Below are positions 28,694 through 38,900 of a stretch of DNA of 64,000 bases, piece by piece; the first letter of the stretch is position 1, and the number at the start of each line of letters is the position of its first letter. A model generated the notes under the pieces. That model worked only from the letters and a program-made list of their open reading frames with translations, ran no database searches and had not been told where the DNA came from. Made by a program: the position numbers and the translations under genes. The DNA is from Polyangiaceae bacterium. Its GTDB lineage: Bacteria; Myxococcota_A; Polyangia; Polyangiales; Polyangiaceae. The stretch covers positions 160,001 to 224,000 of the forward strand of contig JAPSGB010000003.1 of assembly GCA_035063585.1 (NCBI GenBank). Reading direction: 5' to 3'.

Positions 28694-29640
28694 TAATAGC
28701 CGGGGAGCGTCTGACTCGGCTTGCACGTCCGACTGCCGGGGCAAGGCTTCGTGTCCGTCGGATCGCAGATGACTCGGCGTTGCTGCATACCGCTCGTGCA
28801 GCTCGCGGAGCAGTAAATCTTGGTGTACTTGTTGCCGCCCCAATCGCCGCAGCATAGTTCGGCTCCTGGGCAGTCGGACGCGCCCGCGCACTGGTACGTC
28901 GAGGTGGAGCAGCCGAAGCCGCTGCAGGTGCATGAGCCCGCGCCCGGGTCGTAGCAGGAGAAATGGTCGACGTTGAAGGGGTAGCTCGCCTGTATGTCGT
29001 GCGCGACGCAGCAGGCCTGCGGGAGATCACACGACGACGTCCCGCAGGTGAGCAGCCCCGTGATGCCGCCCGTGCCTCCGGTGCCGCCCGTGCCTCCGGT
29101 GCCGCCCGTGCCTCCGGTGCCGCTCGCGCCTCCGGTGCCGCCCGTGCCTCCGGTGCCGCCCGTGCCTCCGGTGCCGCCCGTGCCTCCGGTGCCGCTCGCG
29201 CCTCCGGTGCCGCTCGCGCCTGCCGCGCCGCTCGCGCCGGCGAGCCCCCCGGTCCCCGCCGCGCCCGCTCCTCCGGCTGAGCCAGCGGCGCCCGAGCCGC
29301 CGGCGGTGCCAGCGTCCCCGCTCGCGCCGGCCGTGCCTGCGGCGCCACCGGTGTTCGCGCCCCCGGAAGCTCCGCCCGTCGAGGAGCCGCCCGTCCCGGT
29401 GGGAGCGCCGCCCGTCCCGGTGGGAGCGCCGCCCGTCCCGGTGGGAGCGCCGCCCGTCCCGGTGGGAGCGCCGCCGCTCGCGTTGCCTGACGTGCCGCCG
29501 GTGCTCGTGCTTCCCGCGGCGGAGGCGTCCCCGTCCCCGAACAGATCCTCTCCTTCGCTGCTGCCGCAGGCGACTGGGAGCATCAACGCGAGCGCGGCGA
29601 GGCACGAGCGCAGGGTTCGGGTCGAGTGAAGAGCAGCCAT
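28681..29640 (-). CDS. Lipoprotein with long Gly/Thr repeat stalk and Cys-rich C-terminal domain
   Basis: AGGAG RBS before ATG29640; lipobox PVAC; (GGAPTGT)4 and (GGT)n repeats; Cys-rich tail. Confidence 0.85.
   Translation of the reverse strand: MAALHSTRTLRSCLAALALMLPVACGSSEGEDLFGDGDASAAGSTSTGGTSGNASGGAPTGTGGAPTGTGGAPTGTGGAPTGTGGSSTGGASGGANTGGAAGTAGASGDAGTAGGSGAAGSAGGAGAAGTGGLAGASGAAGASGTGGASGTGGTGGTGGTGGTGGTGGTGGASGTGGTGGTGGTGGTGGTGGITGLLTCGTSSCDLPQACCVAHDIQASYPFNVDHFSCYDPGAGSCTCSGFGCSTSTYQCAGASDCPGAELCCGDWGGNKYTKIYCSASCTSGMQQRRVICDPTDTKPCPGSRTCKPSQTLPGYYYCD
29064..29221. repeat. Coding tandem repeat, 18-bp unit with a 72-bp higher-order duplication
   Basis: tgccgcccgtgcctccgg x3 plus tgccgctcgcgcctccgg, the whole block repeated (29064-29135, 29136-29207). 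Confidence 0.9.
29386..29475. repeat. Coding tandem repeat, 21-bp unit x4
   Basis: gccgcccgtcccggtgggagc, four perfect copies. Confidence 0.92.
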
Positions 29641-29807
29641 TCGTGATCTCCTACATGGCCGGAGCATTTCGTGCCCAGCCACCCGAGTGTAGCACTCCGA
29701 GCGCACGTCGAGCGCGCGCGATTTCACGGCGCCGATGTGCGCTCGGCTCTCACCTCTGCTTCCGGCGCTTCGCTCTTCGGGCCAGCGAGAGGTCGAGCGC
29801 GCTCACG

Positions 29808-30779
29808 TCACGGCGGGGCGTTTGCTGCGCCGGGAGTGCGCGCCTTGAGCTCGAAGTCTGCGCTGTTGTCGTTGGTGTCCGCGCCGTCGGGGAGGCGCGC
29901 CGCGGACTGCCCAGCGGGGATGTTCGAGGCAGGCGCTCCCTCGACGAGCGGGTGGGTGGCCGGGTTGGTGAGCGTCTGCCACGCCATCGCGTCGATGAGC
30001 ACCTCATTCTGATAGAGGCCGATGCCGCCGCCGCCCGCGCCGAGCCCCTTGCCCGAGATGAACGTGGCGTTCTTCGTGCCCGCAAACCCCGCGCCACCTA
30101 CGACGTAGAAGCCGCCCGGGGCGATCGCTTCCGTCCCGGACGACCAGATGGTCTGCGGGAGGTTCCCGCTCGCGGAGCTGTACTTCAGGCTCCACCCCGA
30201 CAGGCTCGAGAGCGCGCAGCTGCCCGCGTTGTAGAGCTCGATGAACTCGTCGCTCGCCGCGCCCGCCGCGGCGGTCGACACCTCATTGATGAGGAGTCGC
30301 GCGCACGGGCCGGCGTCTGCGCCGCCCGAGCCCGCGGCGCCGCCGGCTCCACCCGTGCCGGCCCCGGCGTCGCTCGCGTCCGCGCCTGCGTCACTCAGCG
30401 TGCCCGCGGCTCCGCCGCCCCCACCCGACGCGCCCGCGTCGCCGCCCGTGCCCGACGCGCCGCCCGCGCCTGCCGCGCCGCCCGCGCCCGACGCGCCGCC
30501 CGTGCCCGACGTGCCGCCCGCGCCCGACGCGCCGCCCGTGCCCGACGTGCCGCCCGTGCCGCCCGCGCCCGACGTGCCGCCCGTGCCCGACGTGCCGCCC
30601 GTGCTGGGCGCGCCGCCGCTGCTTGCGCTCGCGTCGCGGAGCGCGTTGTACTCGTCCACCGACACGAAGTCGTGCTCGGGGAACGAGCATCCAGCGGCGG
30701 ACGCCAGCCCCGCCGCAAACATCGTCGCGAGCGCGGCGAGCCGCCGGAGCTCAGAAGCGCCCGCCAACCTGGACTCCAA
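29808..30779 (-). CDS. Lamin-tail-domain (LTD) lipoprotein with Gly/Thr/Ser stalk
   Basis: Lipobox AAGC; GG(T/A)SG(T/A) repeats; LLINEV...DEFIELYN...DTNDNSADF...TPGAAN; start uncertain. Confidence 0.85.
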   Translation of the reverse strand: MESRLAGASELRRLAALATMFAAGLASAAGCSFPEHDFVSVDEYNALRDASASSGGAPSTGGTSGTGGTSGAGGTGGTSGTGGASGAGGTSGTGGASGAGGAAGAGGASGTGGDAGASGGGGGAAGTLSDAGADASDAGAGTGGAGGAAGSGGADAGPCARLLINEVSTAAAGAASDEFIELYNAGSCALSSLSGWSLKYSSASGNLPQTIWSSGTEAIAPGGFYVVGGAGFAGTKNATFISGKGLGAGGGGIGLYQNEVLIDAMAWQTLTNPATHPLVEGAPASNIPAGQSAARLPDGADTNDNSADFELKARTPGAANAPP

Positions 30780-31830
30780 GGTGATGAGGGTGCGTCGCGA
30801 CGTCGACCGTCACGCGGGAGCGCGCCTGTTCGCGCGCCGCGGGCTCTGACGACCCGCCGCTCAAGAGCCACACGGCCGCGACGCCGAGCGCGACGGCTCC
30901 CACGCCCCCGGTGATGTTGGCCACGGTGGCGTCGAGCTCGCCGCGGTCCTGCGCATTCTTTAGCGTCTCGGGACAGACCGAGCCGATGCAGTCGTCGTCG
31001 AGCTGCCGCTCGACCTGCTTCATCCTGAGATAGAAGACGCCCGCGGTGGCGAGGCTCGCGAGCCCGACGCCGCCGACGATCCACGGCACCACCGAAGGCG
31101 ACGAAGGCTCCGCCGGTGACAGAGGAGCGGCGTGTGCCTCGCTCGTCGCCTCCGGCGGTGCGCCGCCGCCGCCGGAGGGCGCGGTCGCGTGTAAGTCGAG
31201 CGGCACGTCCAGGATCACCTGCTCGGAGGAGCGCTCCTTGGCGTATACCTTCTTCGTGAACCGCTCGCCCGACGCGAGCACGCCGGTGATGACGTGCGGG
31301 CCCGGATCGACGCGGACCTCGCGCCCGATCTCGCTCTGGCCGAGCGCCACGCCGTCGAGCTCGATCTTGATCGTGTCTGCGCCCTCACCGCGCTCGATGA
31401 CGAGCTTCGGGATGCGCTCCTCGAGCGCCGCGCGGGCGGTCTTCACCTCTTCGACGAGCTCGGCGGCGCCGGCTCCGGCCTGCCCAGCCTCGTACTCCGC
31501 GAGGCGATAACCTCCGAGCGCCTCGTTCAGCCGGCCGAGGTGCTCCTTGCAGCGCGCGACGTGGAAGCGCACCTGAGGCGTCTGCTTGATGCGCGCGACC
31601 TCTTGGAAGGTCGAGAGCGCGCCGGTCCAGTCTCCCGCGGCTTCTTGGGTGAGCCCCTGACCGTATAGCTGCCGCGCATGATCGAGCTCCGCCTTGGTCT
31701 GCGCCGCCACCGGCCGCACCGCCGTGACGCTCGGCAAGCCGAGCCCGAGGGCCGCGATGAGGGTGAGGCGCGCGAGCGCCTGGTGCTCGAGTGCTTGGAA
31801 GCGTGCCACGACGAGGACCGAGTCTAGCAT
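30751..31830 (-). CDS. Secreted TPR plus PEGA-like domain protein with C-terminal hydrophobic segments
   Basis: Signal-like N-terminus, TPR-like helices, IELDGVAL...RVDPGPHVI beta domain, two hydrophobic helices, terminal GVQVGGRF. Confidence 0.75.
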   Translation of the reverse strand: MLDSVLVVARFQALEHQALARLTLIAALGLGLPSVTAVRPVAAQTKAELDHARQLYGQGLTQEAAGDWTGALSTFQEVARIKQTPQVRFHVARCKEHLGRLNEALGGYRLAEYEAGQAGAGAAELVEEVKTARAALEERIPKLVIERGEGADTIKIELDGVALGQSEIGREVRVDPGPHVITGVLASGERFTKKVYAKERSSEQVILDVPLDLHATAPSGGGGAPPEATSEAHAAPLSPAEPSSPSVVPWIVGGVGLASLATAGVFYLRMKQVERQLDDDCIGSVCPETLKNAQDRGELDATVANITGGVGAVALGVAAVWLLSGGSSEPAAREQARSRVTVDVATHPHHLGVQVGGRF

Positions 31831-31876
31831 TTCGCGCCGCCCTGCGGCGCCGCGCCGCTCCTCACAGAGGTGGTGC

Positions 31877-32275
31877 TCAGAAGCTCACCGTGAGCGGCGC
31901 CACCCGCCTCGAGCTCGATTCTCCGGCGCCGCCGCCGAGCGCGAGATCGACGGCCAGCGCGAGCCCGACGCCGAGCGCAGTCCCGGCGACGTCCCACGTG
32001 AAATCCTTCCACGACGGGTCACCGTGGCCGGCCAGATCGGCGAGCTCCTTGCCGGCGCCGAGGGCGAGTGACACGCCGGCCCCCGCCGCGGCGCGCTCGG
32101 CGCGGCGCTCGACGAGGAGCGACGCTCCCGCGTAGGCGCCGGCCGCGAGCCCCACCGACACCCCGAAGTGGAGCGCCTTGTCCCGGCCGAACCAGTCGTC
32201 TTCGGCGCTGGCTCGCGAGCTCGCGAGCAGCGCTGCCCCGAGCACCGCGGCCGCGATGAGTCCTCGCGCGCGCAC
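31877..32275 (-). CDS. YfiM-like small membrane/exported protein
   Basis: DDWFGRDKALHF, GAGKELAD, SWKDFTWDVAG motifs. Confidence 0.75.
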   Translation of the reverse strand: MRARGLIAAAVLGAALLASSRASAEDDWFGRDKALHFGVSVGLAAGAYAGASLLVERRAERAAAGAGVSLALGAGKELADLAGHGDPSWKDFTWDVAGTALGVGLALAVDLALGGGAGESSSRRVAPLTVSF

Positions 32276-32389
32276 GGCACGAGCCTAACACCGCTCCCGC
32301 GTAAATCGATCACGCTTCGCTGCGCGAGTCCCGGGGGCGCCACCGACCCTCCGGCCGAGCACTCCCCGGCGCCGCTCGGTCCTCCGCTA

Positions 32390-32414
32390 GTGGCGGTCCG
32401 GCGCGGCCGGCGTC
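32390..32414 (+). repeat. Intergenic motif copy GTGGCGGTCCGGCGCGGCCGGCGTC
   Basis: 23/25 identical to 50231-50255. Confidence 0.6.
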
Positions 32415-32505
32415 CGATCCGCTCGCGCGGGGGCCGTCCCGTGGAGAGACGGGATTTCCCTGAGCGCCCCCGCGGTGGCACGATGCCGGGCCGCCTGGAG
32501 TCCCC

Positions 32506-34551
32506 ATGTCCGATCGACGCATCCTGGTCACGAGCGCTCTGCCCTACGCCAACGGGCACATCCACCTCGGTCACCTCGTGGAATACGTTCAGACCGACGT
32601 CTGGGTGCGCTTTCAGCGGCTTCGGGGCCGGCGCGTCATCTTCATGTGCGCCGACGACACTCACGGCACGTCGATCATGATCCGCGCCCGCAACGAAGGG
32701 CGGAGCGAAGAGGCCGTCATCGCCGAGATGAGCGCCGCGCACCAGCGAGATTTCGCGGGCTTCCAGATCAGCTTCGATCACTACGGCAGCACGCACTCGG
32801 AGGACAACCGCGCGCTCTGCGAGGAGATCTGGGCCGCGCTTCGCGCTCACGGCCTGGTGAGCGAGCGGGAGGTGACGCAGCTCTACGACGCCGAGGCCGG
32901 CACCTTCCTCGCCGATCGGTTCGTCAAGGGCGCGTGCCCGGTGTGCAAGCTGCCGGACCAGTACGGAGACAGCTGCGACAACGGGCACACTTACTCCCCG
33001 GCCGAGCTCATCGAGCCGGTGAGCACGCTGTCCGGCACCAAGCCCGAGCTCCGCAGCGCGCCGCACCTCTTCGTCGATATCGAGCACTGGCACTCACTCC
33101 TCGAGGAGTGGACGCAACGTGGCGGTCATCTTCAGCCCGAGATCGCCAACTACCTGAAGGGGCATTTTCTCGCCGAGCCGCTCCGCCCGTGGGACGTCTC
33201 CCGGCCCGCGCCCTACTTCGGATTCGAGATCCCCGACGCGCCCGGGCACTACTGGTACGTCTGGTTCGACGCGCCCATCGGTTACATGGCGGCGACTCGC
33301 GAGTGGTGCCGGGCGCACGGCGAGCGCTTCGAGGACTGGTGGCGCTCGCCCGACACGGAGATCCATCACTTCATCGGGAAAGACATCGTCTACTTTCATA
33401 CGCTCTTCTGGCCCGCGATGCTGAAGACGGCAGGGTTCTCGCTGCCGGAGCGCGTGCGCGTTCACGGATTTCTCACGGTGGATGGCGCGAAGATGTCGAA
33501 ATCGAAGGGGACGTTCGTGCTCGCCAGCACCTATCTCGAGCATCTGGACCCGGCGTACCTCCGCTATTTCTTCGCGAGCAAGCTGAGCGCGCGGGTCGCC
33601 GATCTCGATCTCGATCTCGAGGAGATCGTCGCCAAGGTAAATAGCGACCTCATCGGCAAGGTGGTGAACCTCGCCAGTCGCACCGCGCGCTTCGTCGAGC
33701 CCGTCGGGCTCTCGTCCGACTATCCGGAAGACGGTGGGCTCTTCGCCGACGGCGTGCGCGCGGGCGACGAAATAGCCCGCGCCTACGAGGAGTGCGATCT
33801 CGCCGCCGCGATGCGCGCGGTGATGGCGCTCGCCGATCGCGCCAACGAGTACGTGGACCACGCGGCGCCCTGGAAGCTCAAGAAGGATCCGGCGCGCTCG
33901 GTCGAGCTCCAGCGCGTGTGCACCGTGGTGCTCAATCTGTTTCGTCAGCTCGTCGTCTACCTCGCGCCGGTGCTCCCGAAGCTCGCCGAGGACACGGGCG
34001 CGCTCCTCGGCGCGCCCATCACCACGTGGAGCGACGCCTCACGGCCGCTCGTGGGCACGCCGGTCGCTCCGTTCTCACACCTGATGCAGCGGGTCGAGCC
34101 AGCGAAGATCGCGGCCATGATCGCGGCGAGCGCGACCCCGGAGGACGCCCCGCGCGGTCCCGCGCCGGACCGACCACCAGCAGAAGACGACGGCGCGGCG
34201 CTCGAGGCCGAGCCCCTCGCGCCCGAGTGCACCATCGACGACTTCGCGAAGGTAGATCTCCGGGTGGCGCGCGTGCTCGCGGCGGAGGCGGTGCCTGAGT
34301 CGAAGAAGCTCTTGAAGCTCACCGTGAGCCTCGGCGGCGGCGTGACCCGCACCGTCTTCGCAGGCATCAAGGCTGCTTATCGGCCGGAGGCCCTGGTCGG
34401 GCGCCTCGTCGTCGTGGTCGCGAACCTGGCGCCCCGAAAAATGAAGTTCGGGACCAGCGAGGGGATGGTGGCGGCCGCGGGCCCCGGCGGCGCCGAGGTG
34501 TACCTGCTCTCGCCCGACACGGGCGCCAAGCCGGGGCAGCGGCTACACTGA
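32506..34551 (+). CDS. metG: Methionine--tRNA ligase with C-terminal tRNA-binding domain
   Basis: [37 protein letters not shown]-terminal DFAKVDLRV domain. Confidence 0.98.
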   Translation: MSDRRILVTSALPYANGHIHLGHLVEYVQTDVWVRFQRLRGRRVIFMCADDTHGTSIMIRARNEGRSEEAVIAEMSAAHQRDFAGFQISFDHYGSTHSEDNRALCEEIWAALRAHGLVSEREVTQLYDAEAGTFLADRFVKGACPVCKLPDQYGDSCDNGHTYSPAELIEPVSTLSGTKPELRSAPHLFVDIEHWHSLLEEWTQRGGHLQPEIANYLKGHFLAEPLRPWDVSRPAPYFGFEIPDAPGHYWYVWFDAPIGYMAATREWCRAHGERFEDWWRSPDTEIHHFIGKDIVYFHTLFWPAMLKTAGFSLPERVRVHGFLTVDGAKMSKSKGTFVLASTYLEHLDPAYLRYFFASKLSARVADLDLDLEEIVAKVNSDLIGKVVNLASRTARFVEPVGLSSDYPEDGGLFADGVRAGDEIARAYEECDLAAAMRAVMALADRANEYVDHAAPWKLKKDPARSVELQRVCTVVLNLFRQLVVYLAPVLPKLAEDTGALLGAPITTWSDASRPLVGTPVAPFSHLMQRVEPAKIAAMIAASATPEDAPRGPAPDRPPAEDDGAALEAEPLAPECTIDDFAKVDLRVARVLAAEAVPESKKLLKLTVSLGGGVTRTVFAGIKAAYRPEALVGRLVVVVANLAPRKMKFGTSEGMVAAAGPGGAEVYLLSPDTGAKPGQRLH

Positions 34552-34563
34552 GCCGCACCGACG

Positions 34564-35895
34564 TCAGCGCGCGACGCGCTCGATGACGAGCGGGTTCGCG
34601 CGGGGGCGTCGCGGCCCGAGGCGGAACGCCGCGGCTGCGCGCTTCACGAGCGGTTCCATCCCGCGGCGGCTCCGCACGTGGAGGAAGGCGAGCGGCGCGC
34701 CGCGCTCCACGCGTTCGCCCCGCTTCGCGCAAAGCTCGATGCCGACGGCGTGATCCACCGCCTGGTCGGCGCGGGTGCGGCCGGCGCCCATCGCCACCGA
34801 GACCAGCCCGAGCTCGAGCGGATCGATGTCCGTGACGAACCCGGACGCCGGCGCCTCGAGCGGGAGCTTCACGGGGGCTGTCGGCAAGCGCGCCGGATCG
34901 TGCACGACCCGCGCGTCCCCGCCGTGGGCCTCCACCATGCGCGCCAGCCGGTCGAGCGCGGAGCCGTCTTGGAGCCTCGACTCGAGCTGCCGTCGGGCGT
35001 CCGCGGTGCGCTTGGCCGCGCCGGCCGCGAGCAGCATCTCCGCGCCGAGCGCGAGGGTGAGCTCGCGGGTGTCGGGCGGGCCACCGCCAGCGAGGACCTC
35101 GATCGCCTCGCGCGTCTCGAGCGCGTTGCCGATGCTCGCGCCGATGGGGGTGTCCATGTCGGTGATGAGCGCGACGACCTGCTTGCCACCGCCGCGGCCG
35201 ACGCGAACCAGCGCGCGCGCCAGCGCGCGGGCGCGCGCGCGATCCTTCATGAACGCGCCGCGACCGACCTTCACGTCGAGTACCAGCGCGTCGATCCCCT
35301 CGGCGAGCTTCTTGCTCAAGATGCTGGCGACGATGAGCGGGATGCTCTCGACCGTACCGGTGACGTCGCGGAGCGCGTAGATGCGACGATCGGCGGGGGC
35401 GAGTCGCGCCGTCTGGCCGATCATCGAGGTGCCGACCTCGCGCACGACCTTCTCGAAACGCCTCGGCTCGAGCCCCACCTGATAGCCGGGGATGGCCTCG
35501 AGCTTGTCGAGGGTACCGCCGGTGTGGCCGAGCCCGCGCCCGCTGATCATCGGCACCGCGACCCCGCAGGCCGCTACCAGAGGCGCGAGGCAGATGCTGA
35601 TCTTGTCGCCGACCCCGCCGGTCGAGTGCTTGTCCACCTTGGGCGCGCGGACCGAGCGGAGCTCGAGGACGTCTCCCGAGTGGAGCATGGCGCGGGTGAG
35701 CGCCAGCGTCTCGTCGTCGTCGAGCCCGCGAAGGAGCGCGGCCATCAGCCACGCGCTCATCTGATAGTCGGCGACCTTGCCCGACGTGAAACCGTCGATG
35801 AAGCTCTGGATTTCGTGCGCGGTGAGGGTGCCTCCCTCGCGTTTGCGGACGATGAGCTCGACGGGGCTCAGGGTGGTCGTGGTTGCGTCTCTCAC
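34564..35895 (-). CDS. pdp: Pyrimidine-nucleoside/thymidine phosphorylase
   Basis: DKHSTGGVGDK, SGRGLGHTGGTLDKLE, YALRDVT, SILSKK; start re-picked at GTG35895 (uncertain). Confidence 0.93.
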   Translation of the reverse strand: MRDATTTTLSPVELIVRKREGGTLTAHEIQSFIDGFTSGKVADYQMSAWLMAALLRGLDDDETLALTRAMLHSGDVLELRSVRAPKVDKHSTGGVGDKISICLAPLVAACGVAVPMISGRGLGHTGGTLDKLEAIPGYQVGLEPRRFEKVVREVGTSMIGQTARLAPADRRIYALRDVTGTVESIPLIVASILSKKLAEGIDALVLDVKVGRGAFMKDRARARALARALVRVGRGGGKQVVALITDMDTPIGASIGNALETREAIEVLAGGGPPDTRELTLALGAEMLLAAGAAKRTADARRQLESRLQDGSALDRLARMVEAHGGDARVVHDPARLPTAPVKLPLEAPASGFVTDIDPLELGLVSVAMGAGRTRADQAVDHAVGIELCAKRGERVERGAPLAFLHVRSRRGMEPLVKRAAAAFRLGPRRPRANPLVIERVAR

Positions 35896-35951
35896 GCCGA
35901 GGAGTCTAGCCCCGGCGTGCCGCGTGGAGCAAAACGCTCGTGCGTCCGGCC

Positions 35952-38900
35952 TCAGGTCGGGTCGCTGTCGAAGCAGCAGCGGAACCCGGTGTCGTAGAGC
36001 TGCAGCGAGCGCTTGATCTTGTAGAAGGTGAAATCGCAGCTCGCGCCGGCTTCCGACTGGGTGTTGAACGCGCCGCCCATCAGCGGGAAGAGGCACGTGG
36101 TGTTCGCGTTGTTATCGTTGCCGTTCAGGTCGGTGATGTTACAGCCCGCACCGCTTCCCGCCTTGTCCCAGGTGATCTCGCGGAGGTTACCCTCGATGTC
36201 GTACGCGCTGGTGTTGCCTCCGGTCGTCCAGGTGGCGAAGCACTTCGACAACGCGCTCGAGCGGGTCGGGAGCAGGCCGTCCTGGATGCCGGGCGCGACC
36301 GGGTCGAAATCGAACAGGCCGATGTTGCAGATACGGGCCGGTGTGCCGCCGGCGTAGGTGCCGTTGGTCTGGCAATGAGCGACGCCGCCCGACCGGTCGT
36401 AGCCGCGGGTGCAGGCCTGGGTGGCGTGACACGCCGTCTGCCAGTCGGTGAGCTGGCACAGGCGGCCGCCGCGCGCCGTGCAGGTCTGCGCGGCCTCTAC
36501 CGGCGTCACGTTGAACCAAGGCACCACGCTGGGGGCCGAGCAGGCTACCGTCTTGTCGATCGTCGTGCCGGCGGGCGCCGAGGTCTGATAGCCGTTGCCG
36601 CTGCCCGAGTCGCTCGCCGTGGCGCTCGGCCGGCTCGCCTCGTAGCTGAACATGAATTTGTTGCCGCCGAGGTTGGTCACCGCCGGCTTCACATACGAGG
36701 GGCTCGGGCCCGGCGCGCTCTTCGGCTCGTCGATGAGGCTGTCGCAGTCATTGTCGACCCCGTCGCAAGTCTCTTGCGACGCCTTCGACAGATCCGTCGT
36801 CGCGTTGCAGAGGGTCGAGGTCTTGTTCGAGCCGCAGACGAACTTCCCGGTCGAGCGGCACTGGCCGTCGCCGGGCGGCGGCTTGCCGTCGTCGCTCGCG
36901 CAGGGTTGGTCGAGATAGCCGCTGACCCGCGCTGGGTAGCGGTACGTCTCGTCTGCGCTCCCGTTGCAGTTGTTGTCGAGCCCGTCGCACACGTCCGCGA
37001 CGCCAGCGCAATAGTTCGGGGCGGCGGCGTTGTCGCAGTAGCCGGCCGGGAAGGTGCACTTCCAGGCCCCCGCCGTACACGCAATGCCGACTCCGGTCGT
37101 GCAGCCTGCGTCGGTCGCGGCCGCCGCGACCCCGCAGACCTGCACGGCCGTAGGCTCGTTGGCGGGGAGCACGTCATCGATGACGCAGTTGCAGTCGTCG
37201 TCGACGCCGTTGCACTGCTCGGTGTTCGACGTCTTCTTACAGTACGTCTCGCAGTCCGGGCTGGCGTTGTTGCAGTTCAAGTAGTTTGCGGCGCAGCCGG
37301 CGTTCACACATTTTCCTGCGGAGCAGGTCCAGGTGATGTGCCCGCCGCCGGCGGTGCAGTCGTTGCCGCAGCTGCCGCAGTTGCGGACGTCGTTCTGGAA
37401 GTCGGGCTGGCCCGTGAGCACGCCGTCGCAGTTGGCGTCCACCTTGCACTGGTCCGGGGTCGCGGGAGGTCGCGTGACCGAGCCGACGCACTTCTTCGCG
37501 CCGCCGACGCAGGCCAAGGTTCCGGCCCGACACGGTGAGGTCGCGCCAGAGGGGGGGGATACCGGGACGTCACACGTCCCGACCGAGTCGCCTGGCGGCG
37601 TGGCGCAGACCCTGTCGGCCGGCCCGCCGCGGACCATGCAGAGCTGCCCGCTCGCGCAGTCGGTGTCCGTCGTGCACGCCTTCACCGGCGTCGCGAGCTT
37701 CCCGTCGATGACGCCGTCACAGTCGTCGTCTTGGCCGTTGCAGCTCTCGGTGCCGGGCCCGACGTCATTGATGCAGGTGAGCGAGCCGCTCTGGCACGCC
37801 TTGGTGCCTGCCACGCAGTTGCCGACCGAGCTCCCGCAGGTGCCGCCGGCGTCGGTCGGGTTGTTGTCGGGCGTGCCGTCGCAGTCGTCGTCGGTGCCGT
37901 TGCAGGTCTCGAGTTGGTCGCCGGGCTTGAGCACCTGCGGCCCGGTAGGGGCGTCACAGAGGCCGTTCCGCACGCCGGTGACGGGCAAGTTCGGGTTGCT
38001 GCTGCTCATCGTGTTCGAGTCGACGTCGCAGCAGGTGATGAGCCCGCCGATGCACTTGCTGACGCCCTGGTGGCTCGGGTCGGCGCACGCGCCGTTCAGG
38101 CCGCCGAAGCACGCCTGCCCGACGTTCGGGTCGTCGGTCTCGAGGCTCGAGTCGGTGTTGTCGATCTTGCCGTCGCAGTCGTTGTCGAGGCCGTCGCAGA
38201 GCTCCGGACCGGTCGGCGTGCACTGATATTCGCAGCCGTTCGAGGCCGAGCCGTCGATGTCGTAGTAGCCAGCATTGCACGTGTCGATCACGCACTTGGT
38301 GTTGGTCGCGTCGCACGCGGAGCCGGTGGCGGTGCTGACGCACTTTGGGGTCCCGTTGGGGGCCGTGCAGGATTTCCCGCATTTCCCGCAGTTCGTGACG
38401 TCCGCGCAGACGTCCACGTCTTCATCGATGACCCCGTCGCAGTCATCGTCCTTGCCGCAGCCGTCGGCGCCGCCCGGATCGGTCGTGTTCGTGCCGCTCG
38501 GGTTCCACTGGCAGTAGTACTCGCAGCCGTTGTCGCCCGCGCCGTCGACATCGTAGTAGTCCGGCGAACACTTCGAGAATTTGCAGGTCCCCGCTACGGT
38601 GCCGTCGGTCACCGATGGGGGAGTGCAGCTCACCGTGGTGAGGTCGACGCCGGTCCACGGCAGCTGCGTGCAGTCGTTGGCGCAAGTGCCGCACGCATGG
38701 ACGCCGGTGAAGTCGATCCCGTCGTCTGCCTTGCCGTTGCAGTCGTTGTCGATGCCGTCGCAGATTTCGACGCCGCCGTTGGTCGCCGCGCAGGTCTCGG
38801 CGCCGCCACCGCCATCGAGGTTGATGCCGCCTCCGCTGCCGCCGCCGTCGACGTCGATGCCGCCGCCCGTCCCGCCAGTCGCGCCGGTGCCGCCGCCGGC

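Noticed and set aside
29697..29746. 14-bp imperfect inverted repeat ccgagcgcacgtcg / cgatgtgcgctcgg as a terminator
   Set aside because: No U-tract and a 22-nt loop; function unsupported
29064..30605. Regular short repeats resembling a CRISPR array
   Set aside because: No unique spacers, units are codon multiples inside lipoprotein ORFs, and no cas genes are present
32475..32490. TGGCACG as a sigma-54 -24 box upstream of metG
   Set aside because: No GC at the required -12 spacing
35896..36096. ORF-track N-terminal extensions (pdp here; likewise speA, fabF, TonB-like, EamA and the 35952..39407 ORF)
   Set aside because: Extensions overlap neighbouring genes and lack family similarity; downstream starts fit signal peptides, RBS or stop/start overlaps better
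35952..36670. Diversity-generating retroelement at the FGE-fold domain
   Set aside because: No reverse transcriptase or second template copy seen in the window; a remote one cannot be excluded
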